A stretch of DNA of 64,000 nucleotides from an uncultured Candidatus Saccharibacteria bacterium (GCA_964355795.1 CAYHEQ010000001.1:9849-73848); one strand, 5' to 3'; shown: positions 1 through 9,250, counted from the first letter of the stretch. The notes: a model not told the origin generated them from the letters alone. Made by a program: numbers and translations.

Positions 1-284
1 ATCGCCGTTCCCTATCCGCGTGAATTTGTGTCTTCCCGTCTGCGTCCATCTGCGTCAAGTCTGCGCTAGTCTGCACTAGAGATTCCCATTCCCCTACTTC
101 CTTTTGCAATTCCCCCAATTCCCGCATCAAAACTCCGGCCGTCTTGGAATCCTGCCAAAAATTAGGAGCCGAGGAGAGAGCTTTTATTTCCTCAATCCTC
201 TTGTAGACTCCCCTATCGATTAGATTTTGCTTGCCCTTCGTAGCTTCGGATAACAATTCCTCGGCCGTTAATACTTCATGCATA
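1..284 (-). CDS. Peptide chain release factor (RF2-like), N-terminal part only; the CDS runs off the window start
   Basis: The minus-strand frame from ATG at 284 stays open to position 1 and is not in the ORF track. Its translation MHEVLTAEELLSEATKGKQNLIDRGVYKRIEEIKALSSAPNFWQDSKTAGVLMRELGELQKEVGEW fits the RF2 N-domain pattern P.FW.D...A...EL..L. No in-frame UGA frameshift site is visible. Confidence 0.4.
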
Positions 285-286
285 TT

Positions 287-1159
287 CTACATTATTACAG
301 TAGCTTTTTCATATAACATCGGTAAGCAATCCTGCCTCATACGAAATTTTGTTCCATGATTGTGGCCAGTACGAGCATCAAAATCAACAAGAATTTTGCC
401 TTCTTCAAGCGCTTTCAAAAATCCTTCGAAACTGAATTTTTGTAGCATGGTTACTCTCGTGTAATGGTAAAATTCTTTTTTGCGTCTAATCTCTACCTCT
501 GCCTGTACATAAAAAGTGTTAAGCAATTTTGTTCCTGCTTTATGCTCCAGATCATCAAAACCCCAATAGGGCTGGGGGTTAAGTTCGCCCAACCCAACCT
601 GTTTTTCAACTTGTTTTAGCCACGCCTTATGTCTTTTATCTACACACTGTGAGTCAAATGAAATTAAAATTTTTCGCTCTTCGCGGTCGATTATAACCCT
701 AAATCCCCTATCACTCCTTGAGTTTCCATGAATAGTCTGACGAAAGCTCATTTCGCCTTTTGGATATTTCTTCCCATCTTCCTGATGGGCCCAACCATAT
801 AAAGGCAATAAAACTTGTGAGACAAAACGAATTGCGCGAGGAGATGGTTCGGTGTGAAAGAGTGTCGTGAGTGATGTTGAGTTTAGGCGTTGCGCTTTAA
901 GCTCCCATTCAGCAGCATTTGGAATCGGTAGATTGTTTTCTTCAATACCAAGCAGATCCTCCAATGTATTGCCGATTCCACCGTGGTTCCCCCTTCGCGC
1001 ATTTGGAATAAACCCCATTTCGGAGATCTCTTTGAGTTTTGTTACCAAAGCTGGTTTCGTGTAAATAGTTGGTTTTTTCATATTAAAATAGCTTAGTTTG
1101 TGCTTTATGATTTTTAATTCTTTTTTTTGCTGATTCGCAATACTCTGGCGAAATATCAA
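287..1159 (-). CDS. Type II restriction endonuclease, MutH/Sau3AI-like fold (MvaI/BcnI-type family)
   Basis: Motif GNHGGIGNTLEDLLGIEENNLPIPNAAEWELKAQR matches the MutH/Sau3AI/MvaI-BcnI signature (G..G..LE.LLG....N..PD....ElK). It lies directly downstream of the methyltransferase on the same strand. The true start is probably the MKKPTIY Met at 1081, which removes the 77-bp overlap. Confidence 0.55.
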   Translation of the reverse strand: MIFRQSIANQQKKELKIIKHKLSYFNMKKPTIYTKPALVTKLKEISEMGFIPNARRGNHGGIGNTLEDLLGIEENNLPIPNAAEWELKAQRLNSTSLTTLFHTEPSPRAIRFVSQVLLPLYGWAHQEDGKKYPKGEMSFRQTIHGNSRSDRGFRVIIDREERKILISFDSQCVDKRHKAWLKQVEKQVGLGELNPQPYWGFDDLEHKAGTKLLNTFYVQAEVEIRRKKEFYHYTRVTMLQKFSFEGFLKALEEGKILVDFDARTGHNHGTKFRMRQDCLPMLYEKATVIM

Positions 1160-1829
1160 TGCCGATATAATTACGCTTGAAGTTTATTGCAGAAATCGCC
1201 GTTGTGCCAGAACCCATAAATGGATCGAGAATAGTCTTGGCGTTTGTTGATGAGATAATCTTGTCTATAAGCTTTATAGGAAAGGGAGCGGGATGCCCAT
1301 TCTTCATTTCCTGGGACACCTCCCAAATATCACCGAGAGCATTTGCTTTTTTTACTAGTTCAAATTTTGGCTTTGCAATAAGATAAATTACCTCATAAGT
1401 TGGCAAGAAATAGCCTGCGTTAAAATTTAAACCACCAGCGCGCTTCCAAATAATAACTTGCCGAACTGGAAATCCATCAACTATATCTTGGCGGTCTTGC
1501 AATAATCCTCCTTGAACACGCCATTTATGATTATAGAAGATTGCCCCGTTATCTGGAATAATTCGCATCATTTCAGTTAGACAATCTCTTTGCCACTTTA
1601 CATATTTTTCATGTGGCATATTGTCGTCATAATGTGAGTACCCATTTTGCAGGGCGGCATTCGCCCATTTTCCGCCCCTTCCATCTTTCATGCCATTACC
1701 AGTAGAATTTTTAAGATTATATGGTGGCGAAGTCACAATTAAATCAACCGAGCCGTTCGGTATTTTTTTCATTATATCTATTGCGTCTCCGCATATAATC
1801 CTATCTATAAACTCATGCGTGTCTTGCAT
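1083..1829 (-). CDS. DNA methyltransferase, beta-class N4-cytosine/N6-adenine type (motif IV SPPY precedes motif I DPFMGSGTT)
   Basis: TSPPYNL catalytic motif followed C-terminally by the AdoMet motif FMGSGTT. This motif order is that of beta-group N4C/N6A MTases such as M.MvaI and M.PvuII. Confidence 0.8.
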   Translation of the reverse strand: MQDTHEFIDRIICGDAIDIMKKIPNGSVDLIVTSPPYNLKNSTGNGMKDGRGGKWANAALQNGYSHYDDNMPHEKYVKWQRDCLTEMMRIIPDNGAIFYNHKWRVQGGLLQDRQDIVDGFPVRQVIIWKRAGGLNFNAGYFLPTYEVIYLIAKPKFELVKKANALGDIWEVSQEMKNGHPAPFPIKLIDKIISSTNAKTILDPFMGSGTTAISAINFKRNYIGIDISPEYCESAKKRIKNHKAQTKLF

Positions 1830-1889
1830 AAATTAATTATAACCTGAATTTAATTTTTGATAAATAGCCATCGTATACATAATATCCCC

Positions 1890-1918
1890 CACTAAAAAAC
1901 CCGCCTTGCGACGGGTTC
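1890..1918 (-). terminator. Rho-independent terminator downstream of the LPXTG gene
   Basis: On the minus strand, hairpin AACCCGTCGCAAGGCGGGTT is followed by a TTTTTT run. Confidence 0.55.
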
Positions 1919-1975
1919 TTTAGTTTTCTACTATCTGTAATCAGTATGTCTGTACCATCCGTAATCCGTAGAAAA

Positions 1976-3979
1976 TTATCTCTTGATCAATTTGGCCGCT
2001 TTGCTCAAAGCGTTGCTTTCTTTCAAGTAAATGGAAGAAGCGATAGCGCCAAACAAGGCAAGCAAGATCAGAGCGGCAATACTACCGGGCGTACCCGTAT
2101 CAGGCAAAGTACCGCCATCAGCCATAAGGTTGAAAGTGGCCAAGCTTGATACTTGAGCGGCGCCATCAGCGTTACCGGTGCCGGTAAAGCTCAATTGCGT
2201 AATATTGCTTGGCGTGTCCTGTTTTACTTTGACGGTGAAGTCCAGATAGCCGGCAGCTCCTTTGGCTAAAGAGCCGATAGAAGCTCCGGAAGAAATCACG
2301 CTGTCAGAGGTAGAAACAGTAGAGCCATTTACTACCACCTTCATACTACCGGCAATGTATTGTAGATTGGCTGGCAGGCTGTTGGTGATGCGAACATTGG
2401 TCAAGTCGCTATCGCCGTTGTTGGCAAAAGCCACACGAATGACAGCTGATTGACCGCGCTTGATAGTCAGCGCGCGCACATAGTTTTTGTTCACCGCGTC
2501 GTAGATAGAAGAAGTGATAGACAAAGACTTGCCGACTGGGGTAATATCCCCCTCTACCGTCACCTTACCACCATTGTCGTTAAGATTAACGGCGCCACTA
2601 TTAGAATAATAGTAGTTTGAGGTTGAGTAAGGACCACCAGCAACAGCGTTGGAGGCAACACGAACTTTGTAGTTCACATAGCCCCAGCTACCTACTGGGA
2701 TGTCAGGCATAACAACACCATTGGCAGAAACAATCGCATCGTTTAGGCCAACCCAAGTGGCGTTAGCGAAATAGAAACGAGAGTAATTACCAACATATTC
2801 CAAACCTGCTGGGATTTGAGCCTTGAAGACTCCACCCGTTAGAGGCGTAGTGCCAGTGTTGCTTACTTGCACTCTGTAGAACAGCTCTTCGCCACGCTTG
2901 GCAGTAGCTGAACTGACATAGTACTGATCATGACGAGTTTCGTTCAAAACTGTCGAAATGATACGAGCAGAAGCAACGGGGGCAGGCGTAACTCCAGAGA
3001 CCTCTACCGTCACCTTACCACCATTGTCGTTAAGATTAACGGCGCCACTATTAGAATAATAGTAGTTTGAGGTTGAGTAAGGACCACCAGCAACAGCGTT
3101 GGAGGCAACACGAACTTTGTAGTTCACATAGCCCCAGCTACCTACTGGGATGTCAGGCATAACAACACCATTGGCAGAAACAATCGCATCGTTTAGGCCA
3201 ACCCAAGTGGCGTTAGCGAAATAGAAACGAGAGTAATTACCAACATATTCCAAACCTGCTGGGATTTGAGCCTTGAAGACCCCACCCGTTAGAGGTGTAG
3301 TGCCAGTGTTGCTTACTTGCACTCTGTAGAACAGCTCTTCGCCACGCTTAGCGGTAGCTGAACTGACATAGTATTGATCATGACGAGTTTCGTTCAAAAC
3401 TGTCGAAATGATACGAGCAGAAGCAACAGGGGCAGGCGCGGTATTGCCATCAGATGGAGTGCCAGCTATTACCGTTGTCTTAGCTCTACTGTCGCCAATA
3501 TTAACGCCACCACCATTAGCAAAAACTTGAGTGGTTGGGGCAACTACAGTACCGGCAGTAGCGCTAGAAGCTACTTGGGTCTTGAAAGAAACATACACAT
3601 GAGTCATTGGCGGAACATCCTGCAAATTAACGCCATTTTCCGCAATAAGAGCATCCGACAATTGGACGACACTATTAGCGGTAGCGCCAACAGGCTTCCA
3701 GTAAAACTTTCCGCTACCAGGAACAAAATTTAAGCCAGCAGGAACAACAACGCGAGAGACAACTCCCTTAAGAGTTGTGGCCGTAACATTGTCGATAATA
3801 ACACTATACATCAGCGTATCGCCAGGCTTGGCAGAAGTTTGAGTAGTCCACTTCTTGTCGCTAGAAACATTGGCTACTTCGGAAGCTACAGAAACTGAAC
3901 CAGCGATAGCCAAAGCAGGAGCGACAATAGCCGTAATCATAGCGAAGACGGCTACGGAATTGATAAGTTTTTTTAACAT
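1976..3979 (-). CDS. LPXTG-anchored cell-surface protein with internal 150-aa tandem repeats
   Basis: N-terminal signal peptide MLKKLINSVAVFAMITAIVAPALA. The C-terminus carries LPDTG, then a hydrophobic stretch and a KR tail, which is a sortase sorting signal. Two identical 150-aa modules lie in between. Confidence 0.75.
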   Translation of the reverse strand: MLKKLINSVAVFAMITAIVAPALAIAGSVSVASEVANVSSDKKWTTQTSAKPGDTLMYSVIIDNVTATTLKGVVSRVVVPAGLNFVPGSGKFYWKPVGATANSVVQLSDALIAENGVNLQDVPPMTHVYVSFKTQVASSATAGTVVAPTTQVFANGGGVNIGDSRAKTTVIAGTPSDGNTAPAPVASARIISTVLNETRHDQYYVSSATAKRGEELFYRVQVSNTGTTPLTGGVFKAQIPAGLEYVGNYSRFYFANATWVGLNDAIVSANGVVMPDIPVGSWGYVNYKVRVASNAVAGGPYSTSNYYYSNSGAVNLNDNGGKVTVEVSGVTPAPVASARIISTVLNETRHDQYYVSSATAKRGEELFYRVQVSNTGTTPLTGGVFKAQIPAGLEYVGNYSRFYFANATWVGLNDAIVSANGVVMPDIPVGSWGYVNYKVRVASNAVAGGPYSTSNYYYSNSGAVNLNDNGGKVTVEGDITPVGKSLSITSSIYDAVNKNYVRALTIKRGQSAVIRVAFANNGDSDLTNVRITNSLPANLQYIAGSMKVVVNGSTVSTSDSVISSGASIGSLAKGAAGYLDFTVKVKQDTPSNITQLSFTGTGNADGAAQVSSLATFNLMADGGTLPDTGTPGSIAALILLALFGAIASSIYLKESNALSKAAKLIKR
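2551..3440. repeat. Near-perfect tandem duplication (2 x 450 bp) inside the LPXTG gene
   Basis: Landmarks recur at an exact 450-bp offset (cctctaccgtcaccttaccacc at 2551 and 3001; tgtcaggcat at 2701 and 3151). Only about 3 mismatches separate the copies. Confidence 0.9.
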
Positions 3980-4115
3980 AATTTTTCTCCATTTTCAAAT
4001 CGCTTGTTTTTTTGCTTTTTTGCGCCTATCGACCAGGATTTCTCCCAGTAAGACGTTTTGGCTTATGGCCAGAAAAGCGAAGCGATTAATGATTAATAAT
4101 TAATTTTTAATTTCT

Positions 4116-4196
4116 TATTTTTCCCGACGCGTTATATTTTTTAATATAATGAAGTCGGGATCCCGATTTCGCGATAGCGAACATCGGGACTTATTT
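4116..4196. repeat. About 82-bp conserved intergenic element, copy 1 of 2 (copy 2 at 30785..30866), containing palindrome TCGGGATCCCGA
   Basis: tatttttcccgacgcRYtatattttttaatataatgaagtcgggatcccgatttcgcgatagcgaacatcgggacttatttt is shared between the two loci. Both copies sit upstream of minus-strand surface-protein genes. Confidence 0.8.
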
Positions 4197-4245
4197 TTTT
4201 AATTTAATGCTCAATATCCAGTTGAGGAAAACAAAAAGAGAGAAT

Positions 4246-4281
4246 GTGGCCCCGACGATACCTTCGGTATGTCGGGGCCAC
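4246..4281 (-). terminator. Strong GC-rich hairpin with UUCG tetraloop, followed by a U-run on the minus strand; likely terminator of the 4398..5825 gene
   Basis: gtggccccgacgataccttcggtatgtcggggccac is a perfect 11-bp outer stem with an inner ATACC-TTC-GGTAT hairpin. On the minus strand it is followed by AUUCUCUCUUUUUGUUUUCC. Confidence 0.6.
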
Positions 4282-4397
4282 AAAGAAAATACAAAGGAAA
4301 CCTTACGGCAGTTGGGGATCTCCCGGGAAGGAGAAACCGCCACTAAGGCTAAAATTGAACAACATGGCGGTTCACCTCCTTCCTTAGAGGAGAACCC

Positions 4398-5825
4398 TCA
4401 GTCAGACTCCGGGTGATCGGCGCCTTGGCTGAAAAAGTCGGTGGCGCCGCTTCCGGCCTGGTTGAAAATGTTGGCCGTGTCGGTAAGCGCGGCGGTCGTT
4501 GCCGCGTTGTTCATCTGGGTCTCCGCCGGCGCAGTTGTCGCCCACGAAATTGTCGCCTGATTGGCCGAGCCCACCCCTGTCTGGGGCTGACTGGACAGTT
4601 GCGCCGAATTCTCCGGCGTGGTGTGGTCCCGATCGGGATCACCTTCCGGTATTTCCGGATGATCGGCTCCGCCGGTCTGGCCTCCGGATGTCTGCCCGCA
4701 ATTTCCGCATCCGCGGTCCTTGCCGAACCAGTCGTCCTTGGCCCAATCGGGCAGAATTAAATCGCCCAGCTGGTAAGTGGTCGCCACTCCGCCAATTACG
4801 CGGAAAACGTTGCCCTCTTTCCAGCCCTGACGTATTGCGTCGGTGGTCATGGAGCGCAGACCTCGTTGAGATCCATTCCAGATCTTTTTGAAGCCTTTCT
4901 CCTTCTTGGCCGCCGGAGCGTTGCAAACACCGCTCCACTTCCTCACCCAGTCCCAGTCTTCCTTCTTATAGCCGGGTGAGCCGATGTAGGGCACCAGCGC
5001 TGCGATGGCCTTGCAGAAACGGGTTTGGTCTTCCAATTTGAAAGCGGTAGAGGCTTCCGACCAAAGCGGCCCCAAGTCTTTCCCGCTCTTCCCGCCCGGA
5101 GAACCGAAATCCTTCTTGGGCTCCTGTTTTCCGGCGGTCTGCTCGCCCGTATCCTTCGGCCCCGTCTTGACGCCCGCGCCCGCGTTCTGCGACGCTGGCT
5201 TCTTGCCCGCGCCCGTTTCAGGCTTCCAGCCGACCAGAGCCTTGTTCAGATTCGTCTGGCCGTCAATTAAGGCCGGCATTTGATTGTCGGCCATCTTGTC
5301 GACCTTGACCTTGATTCCTTTCACATTCTCGGCCATTCCCGGGAGATGAGAAGCGTGCCCTTCGATCTTCTTGACATTCTTGTCGACTCGATCGAGAGCA
5401 TTGGACATGTGAGGCAAAACTTTCGTGTTCTCCTTGATGTCCCTGATGTCCTTGACCGCTCCCGGAAGACCATCCGTATTGCTCTTGATGCCCTTCACGT
5501 CATCGGCCATTCCCGGAAGCACGGACAGCTTGTCCAGCATCTTCTCTTCCGTGGTTGGCTCGCCCGCCTCCACTTCCGGCGCCAGAATGTTTTCCGCCAC
5601 TGAAGCGGGACTCTGCGCCGTTTTCATCTCCCGATTGTTCTTAAGCCAGAAAAAACTCGAGGTGAGAATCACCCCGACGAGAAGCGCCAACCCGATGGTC
5701 AACCAATGCTTTCTGTTCACTTGAACACCTCCGAAATTTTCTAGCGGTGGCGATGAGCCACAGCCGTCCTGCTCCGTTTTTGAAAAAACGGTTCGGCTTT
5801 CTTCCAAATTCAAACCGTTCCCCAA
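4398..5825 (-). CDS. Hypothetical membrane-anchored protein with degenerate about 17-aa repeats (LPGMADDVKGIK-like), encoded in a GC-rich segment
   Basis: One N-terminal TM segment, repeated LPG[MA]..VKGIK motifs, and a Gly/Cys-rich C-terminal region. Local GC is about 60% against about 40% for the window. A GTG at 5721 with a GGAGGTG RBS is an alternative start. Confidence 0.55.
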   Translation of the reverse strand: MGNGLNLEESRTVFSKTEQDGCGSSPPLENFGGVQVNRKHWLTIGLALLVGVILTSSFFWLKNNREMKTAQSPASVAENILAPEVEAGEPTTEEKMLDKLSVLPGMADDVKGIKSNTDGLPGAVKDIRDIKENTKVLPHMSNALDRVDKNVKKIEGHASHLPGMAENVKGIKVKVDKMADNQMPALIDGQTNLNKALVGWKPETGAGKKPASQNAGAGVKTGPKDTGEQTAGKQEPKKDFGSPGGKSGKDLGPLWSEASTAFKLEDQTRFCKAIAALVPYIGSPGYKKEDWDWVRKWSGVCNAPAAKKEKGFKKIWNGSQRGLRSMTTDAIRQGWKEGNVFRVIGGVATTYQLGDLILPDWAKDDWFGKDRGCGNCGQTSGGQTGGADHPEIPEGDPDRDHTTPENSAQLSSQPQTGVGSANQATISWATTAPAETQMNNAATTAALTDTANIFNQAGSGATDFFSQGADHPESD

Positions 5826-6389
5826 CGGTTTTGAACTCTTCCGAAAGCGCTCATCCCTTCACCTCGCCTCCCTTAGTAATATTGCGAAGCGAAAAGAAAT
5901 TTTTCACACTGTTGAGAGAAACAAAAAAACCAAAAAATAAACAACTTTGTAATTACATAGTAATTAGCTCATCCCGAATGCTCGGGATTCGCGTAACTAA
6001 TAGTAACTTGTTGCTTTTTTGGTTTTTATTTTTTCCGCACCTATCCGTATGAATCCGTTTAGAATCCGTGGATATCCGTGCTTTTCGTTCCCCTCAACTG
6101 GATATTTGAGTTTTGCTTGCCTTGTTATTAAAGAACTGACGTGGCATTTATTTCAACCACAAAAAACCCGGGGTAGTCTGGACAGATTACCTCTGGTTTT
6201 TTATGTTCGCAATAAAAATGCTTTTCGCCATGTTCATCTGGTGAAAATTAGTCTTTTCAATTTCTTGGCCATTTTAACACACTTCTCGGGAACCTGTCAA
6301 GGCTTTTTCTCTTGGGCTAGCCAAAAACAAAAGAGAGCCCACGCCCTCCTTGGAAACTACTACTAATTTAACTCAAAAAAACTACCCCG

Positions 6390-7523
6390 TCAAGAGGCTT
6401 CCTCTTCCGGCCTCTCTACCTGAACTTCGTCCAGTAGCTCCCTCTCCACTCCGCTGATTTTCACCACATCTTTGTCAATTTTCTTGAATTCCTTGTGCGC
6501 GACGTTATAGGCGTTAACGGTCGTGGACAAATTACCGCCCAATTTTTTCATATACTCGTCATATTTTCTGATATGCGTATCCAAATCCCCCACTCTTTTA
6601 ATGATTTCCTGCGTAGATTTCTGGATTTGCATCTGCTTCAAGCCCTGCAGAATAGTCTGGAGAAAAGCGTAAAAAGAATTAGGACTGACGATATTGACCC
6701 GTTTTTTGCCCGCGTATTCTATGAGATCGGCAGCATTCACTCCCGCGTCGCCCACTTTATTGATCAAAAGATCGTAATAAATCGCTTCCGACGGGATGAA
6801 CATCAGAGCAAAATCCATCGTCCCATTTTTCGGTTGAATATACTTGGCCGTCTCATCTATTCTATTTTTCAGATCCTGCTTGAAGGCTTTTTCTAGCTTT
6901 TCACGCACATCTTTTTCTTTACACTCTATTATTCTCGTATAATTTTCCAACGAAAATTTGGAATCAATAGGAATTATTTTGTCTTGGAGGAATATCGCCG
7001 CGTCCACGACTAAATCCGCGCCTTTGTCATCTTTACCAACCTTATACTGCATCTCATAAACACTGGGCGGCAAAACGTTTTTTAACACTGTTTCCAAATA
7101 ATATTCGCCGAGCACTCCCCGTCTTTTCGGATTTTGCAAAATATCCTGGAGAGATTGCAATTGGTCTGCGAATCCTACCACCTGTTTGTTCGTTTCGGAG
7201 AGTTTCGTCAGCTGTTCCGTCACATCAGAAATGATTTTCGCTGACTGGCCAAATTGTATTTGCATGGACTTCTGCGACTCCCCCAATTTGGTGTCCATCG
7301 TCTCCGTCAGTTTTTGCAACTGATTTTGGAGCAGTAATAATTGTCCATCGTTTTTCTCCTCCGGCTTTTTCTTGAGCGCAAAAAACATCGCGACTACCGA
7401 AATCGCCAATAACCCGACAAGACCAACCAAAATAAATAAAAGCGTATTCATTAAACAATCATACAAAAAATAGCCATATTTTGCAATAAATAAAACTACC
7501 CCCTTTCGGGGGATAAGTTCCAT
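6390..7523 (-). CDS. rmuC: DNA recombination protein RmuC
   Basis: N-terminal TM segment, long coiled coil, and the C-terminal RmuC domain (IPIDSKFSLENYTR ... MFIPSEAIYYDLL ... NIVSPNSFYAFLQTI). The likely true start is MNTLLFIL at about 7451. Confidence 0.8.
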   Translation of the reverse strand: MELIPRKGVVLFIAKYGYFLYDCLMNTLLFILVGLVGLLAISVVAMFFALKKKPEEKNDGQLLLLQNQLQKLTETMDTKLGESQKSMQIQFGQSAKIISDVTEQLTKLSETNKQVVGFADQLQSLQDILQNPKRRGVLGEYYLETVLKNVLPPSVYEMQYKVGKDDKGADLVVDAAIFLQDKIIPIDSKFSLENYTRIIECKEKDVREKLEKAFKQDLKNRIDETAKYIQPKNGTMDFALMFIPSEAIYYDLLINKVGDAGVNAADLIEYAGKKRVNIVSPNSFYAFLQTILQGLKQMQIQKSTQEIIKRVGDLDTHIRKYDEYMKKLGGNLSTTVNAYNVAHKEFKKIDKDVVKISGVERELLDEVQVERPEEEAS

Positions 7524-7818
7524 AGAGGGTGTTGCTTTTTCATCGCTATCTTCATTAATCTCTTGCTGAGAAAAGAATCAAGCTCTATTACTAAAACAAC
7601 TTCTCCAATGACCCAAGAAATGAGATTTCTCCCAACAAAGGCGGTGGGTTGCGTAAAGCAACACTGCCTAGCCTCTTCAAGAGTAGGCTCTGGGACACGC
7701 ACGGTAAGCTGTGCCTTCTCAACATCATTATTAACAATTTGATATTAAAAGCAATACCACTTTACTACCAGAACAAGATAGGTATAGGTATGGACGCCAC
7801 CATAGCCATTGGTGTTGT

Positions 7819-8361
7819 CTATTGATTTATCTCTGGATGTTCTTCTAAATATCTATCTCTAATGTATACTCCCAACGTTGGTGCTGTATTCTCCATATTG
7901 CGATCGGGATTATTGTAGAAAAATACTTTCAAAAAATCCATGGATTGAGTATCCGATAAAGTATACACCGATCTTATAGATAAAATCTCTACATCATGTT
8001 TCAACCTTGGCTTCTCATTATCTATAATACTGAAAAAGTTAGTCTTATTATCGGCAAATACCTTAGGAAAACTTAAATCTTCTAGTAATTTATTACCTGC
8101 CTCTGTAAGCCTTAGAGGGCTATAACTTTCCAGTTCTCGGTGATCAAACATAATGCTGGTATTGCCTATCAGGGCATCCGCCACTACCTTTATATTGACT
8201 TTTACCTTTTCCATAGTTTTTTCAAGAGAAGACAGTATTTGGAGTTTCCTTCCAATATAGATACACCCACCAATGATAGCTGGTATACCTATAATGATTA
8301 TTGCCTTGTTCGTAAGGTTTAGCCAATCCATATATTTTTTTACCGATATCAGCCTAAACAT
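7819..8361 (-). CDS. Hypothetical membrane protein
   Basis: ORF with one TM segment (IIIIGIPAIIGGCIYI). No recognizable domain. Confidence 0.45.
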   Translation of the reverse strand: MFRLISVKKYMDWLNLTNKAIIIIGIPAIIGGCIYIGRKLQILSSLEKTMEKVKVNIKVVADALIGNTSIMFDHRELESYSPLRLTEAGNKLLEDLSFPKVFADNKTNFFSIIDNEKPRLKHDVEILSIRSVYTLSDTQSMDFLKVFFYNNPDRNMENTAPTLGVYIRDRYLEEHPEINQ

Positions 8362-8425
8362 ATCAGTAGCACGACACTATTTCAATAGCATTTATCTGCA
8401 CTATATCATCTCTTGCAAATATCTA

Positions 8426-9250
8426 TTATTTCTTTGATAAAATTTTTATAGTCGTATCCGATTGAAGCCTTAGCTTATCATATGTGTAAACAGAATCTCC
8501 CCTCTTTATGAAAGCTTTGCCATTAAGCAAAAAGTTTTCGTTTCTAGAGAATGTATCAGCTAAATCGAAAATCTCTTTGTCATATATTGTTTCCTCTTGA
8601 ATCATCGGCTCTAGAGATATACCCTTGAGCGACCCAGTACGCACCACCATTGTCCTTGATAATTTATCGTGCCAAGCACTACCGCTAAAAAGAAAGGACA
8701 ATGGCTCAAATGGTATAAACCTAGAAATTGTTCTCACGAGAGCTTGATCCACTGTCTGGCTCGTACCGCCTAAATCCACAACACTCGTGCGAGTGATGAA
8801 TTTACCTGGAGTCTTACCGATAGATACCTCAAATAGGAAATAGTAGAGAAAATATAATAGTAGACCAAAAACAGAGTTGCCATGGGATGCCGAAGGCGTG
8901 ATAATATAAAAAATTGCTTCAAGCACGCCTATGCACAAAGTGTCTATAATGAAACCGTAAAATCTAGTGCTAAATGGCACCAGCCTAAGAGCATAAGGAT
9001 GTGTATTTTGTTTTAGCTTAAATATGCGTCGTTCTCTGAATAATTCTTCTTTTATCTTTTTTCCCAAAGCTTTCTTATTATCATTCTTTGTGCTACCTAA
9101 AACACCTCCACATTTAGAGCAGAATCTTGCCTTATCCCCAACCTTATTCCCGCACTTCACACAGTGCATATCGTCAGAAATTATATTCTTATAAACCATT
9201 TTCATGCAGGCATTTCTGGTACTCTTCGCCATAAAACTTATACCTAACAT
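8426..9250 (-). CDS. Zinc-ribbon plus RDD-family membrane protein
   Basis: N-terminal CVKCGNK..CSKCG zinc ribbon. RDD-type membrane domain with IGKTPGKFITRTSVVDL. Confidence 0.65.
   Translation of the reverse strand: MLGISFMAKSTRNACMKMVYKNIISDDMHCVKCGNKVGDKARFCSKCGGVLGSTKNDNKKALGKKIKEELFRERRIFKLKQNTHPYALRLVPFSTRFYGFIIDTLCIGVLEAIFYIITPSASHGNSVFGLLLYFLYYFLFEVSIGKTPGKFITRTSVVDLGGTSQTVDQALVRTISRFIPFEPLSFLFSGSAWHDKLSRTMVVRTGSLKGISLEPMIQEETIYDKEIFDLADTFSRNENFLLNGKAFIKRGDSVYTYDKLRLQSDTTIKILSKK

Noticed and set aside
4365-4390. 16S rRNA 3' end (CACCTCCTT) suggesting an rRNA gene
   Set aside because: Only the 9-nt anti-SD-like string is present. The opposite strand reads AAGGAGGTG as an RBS for a small ORF. 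No other 16S features flank it.
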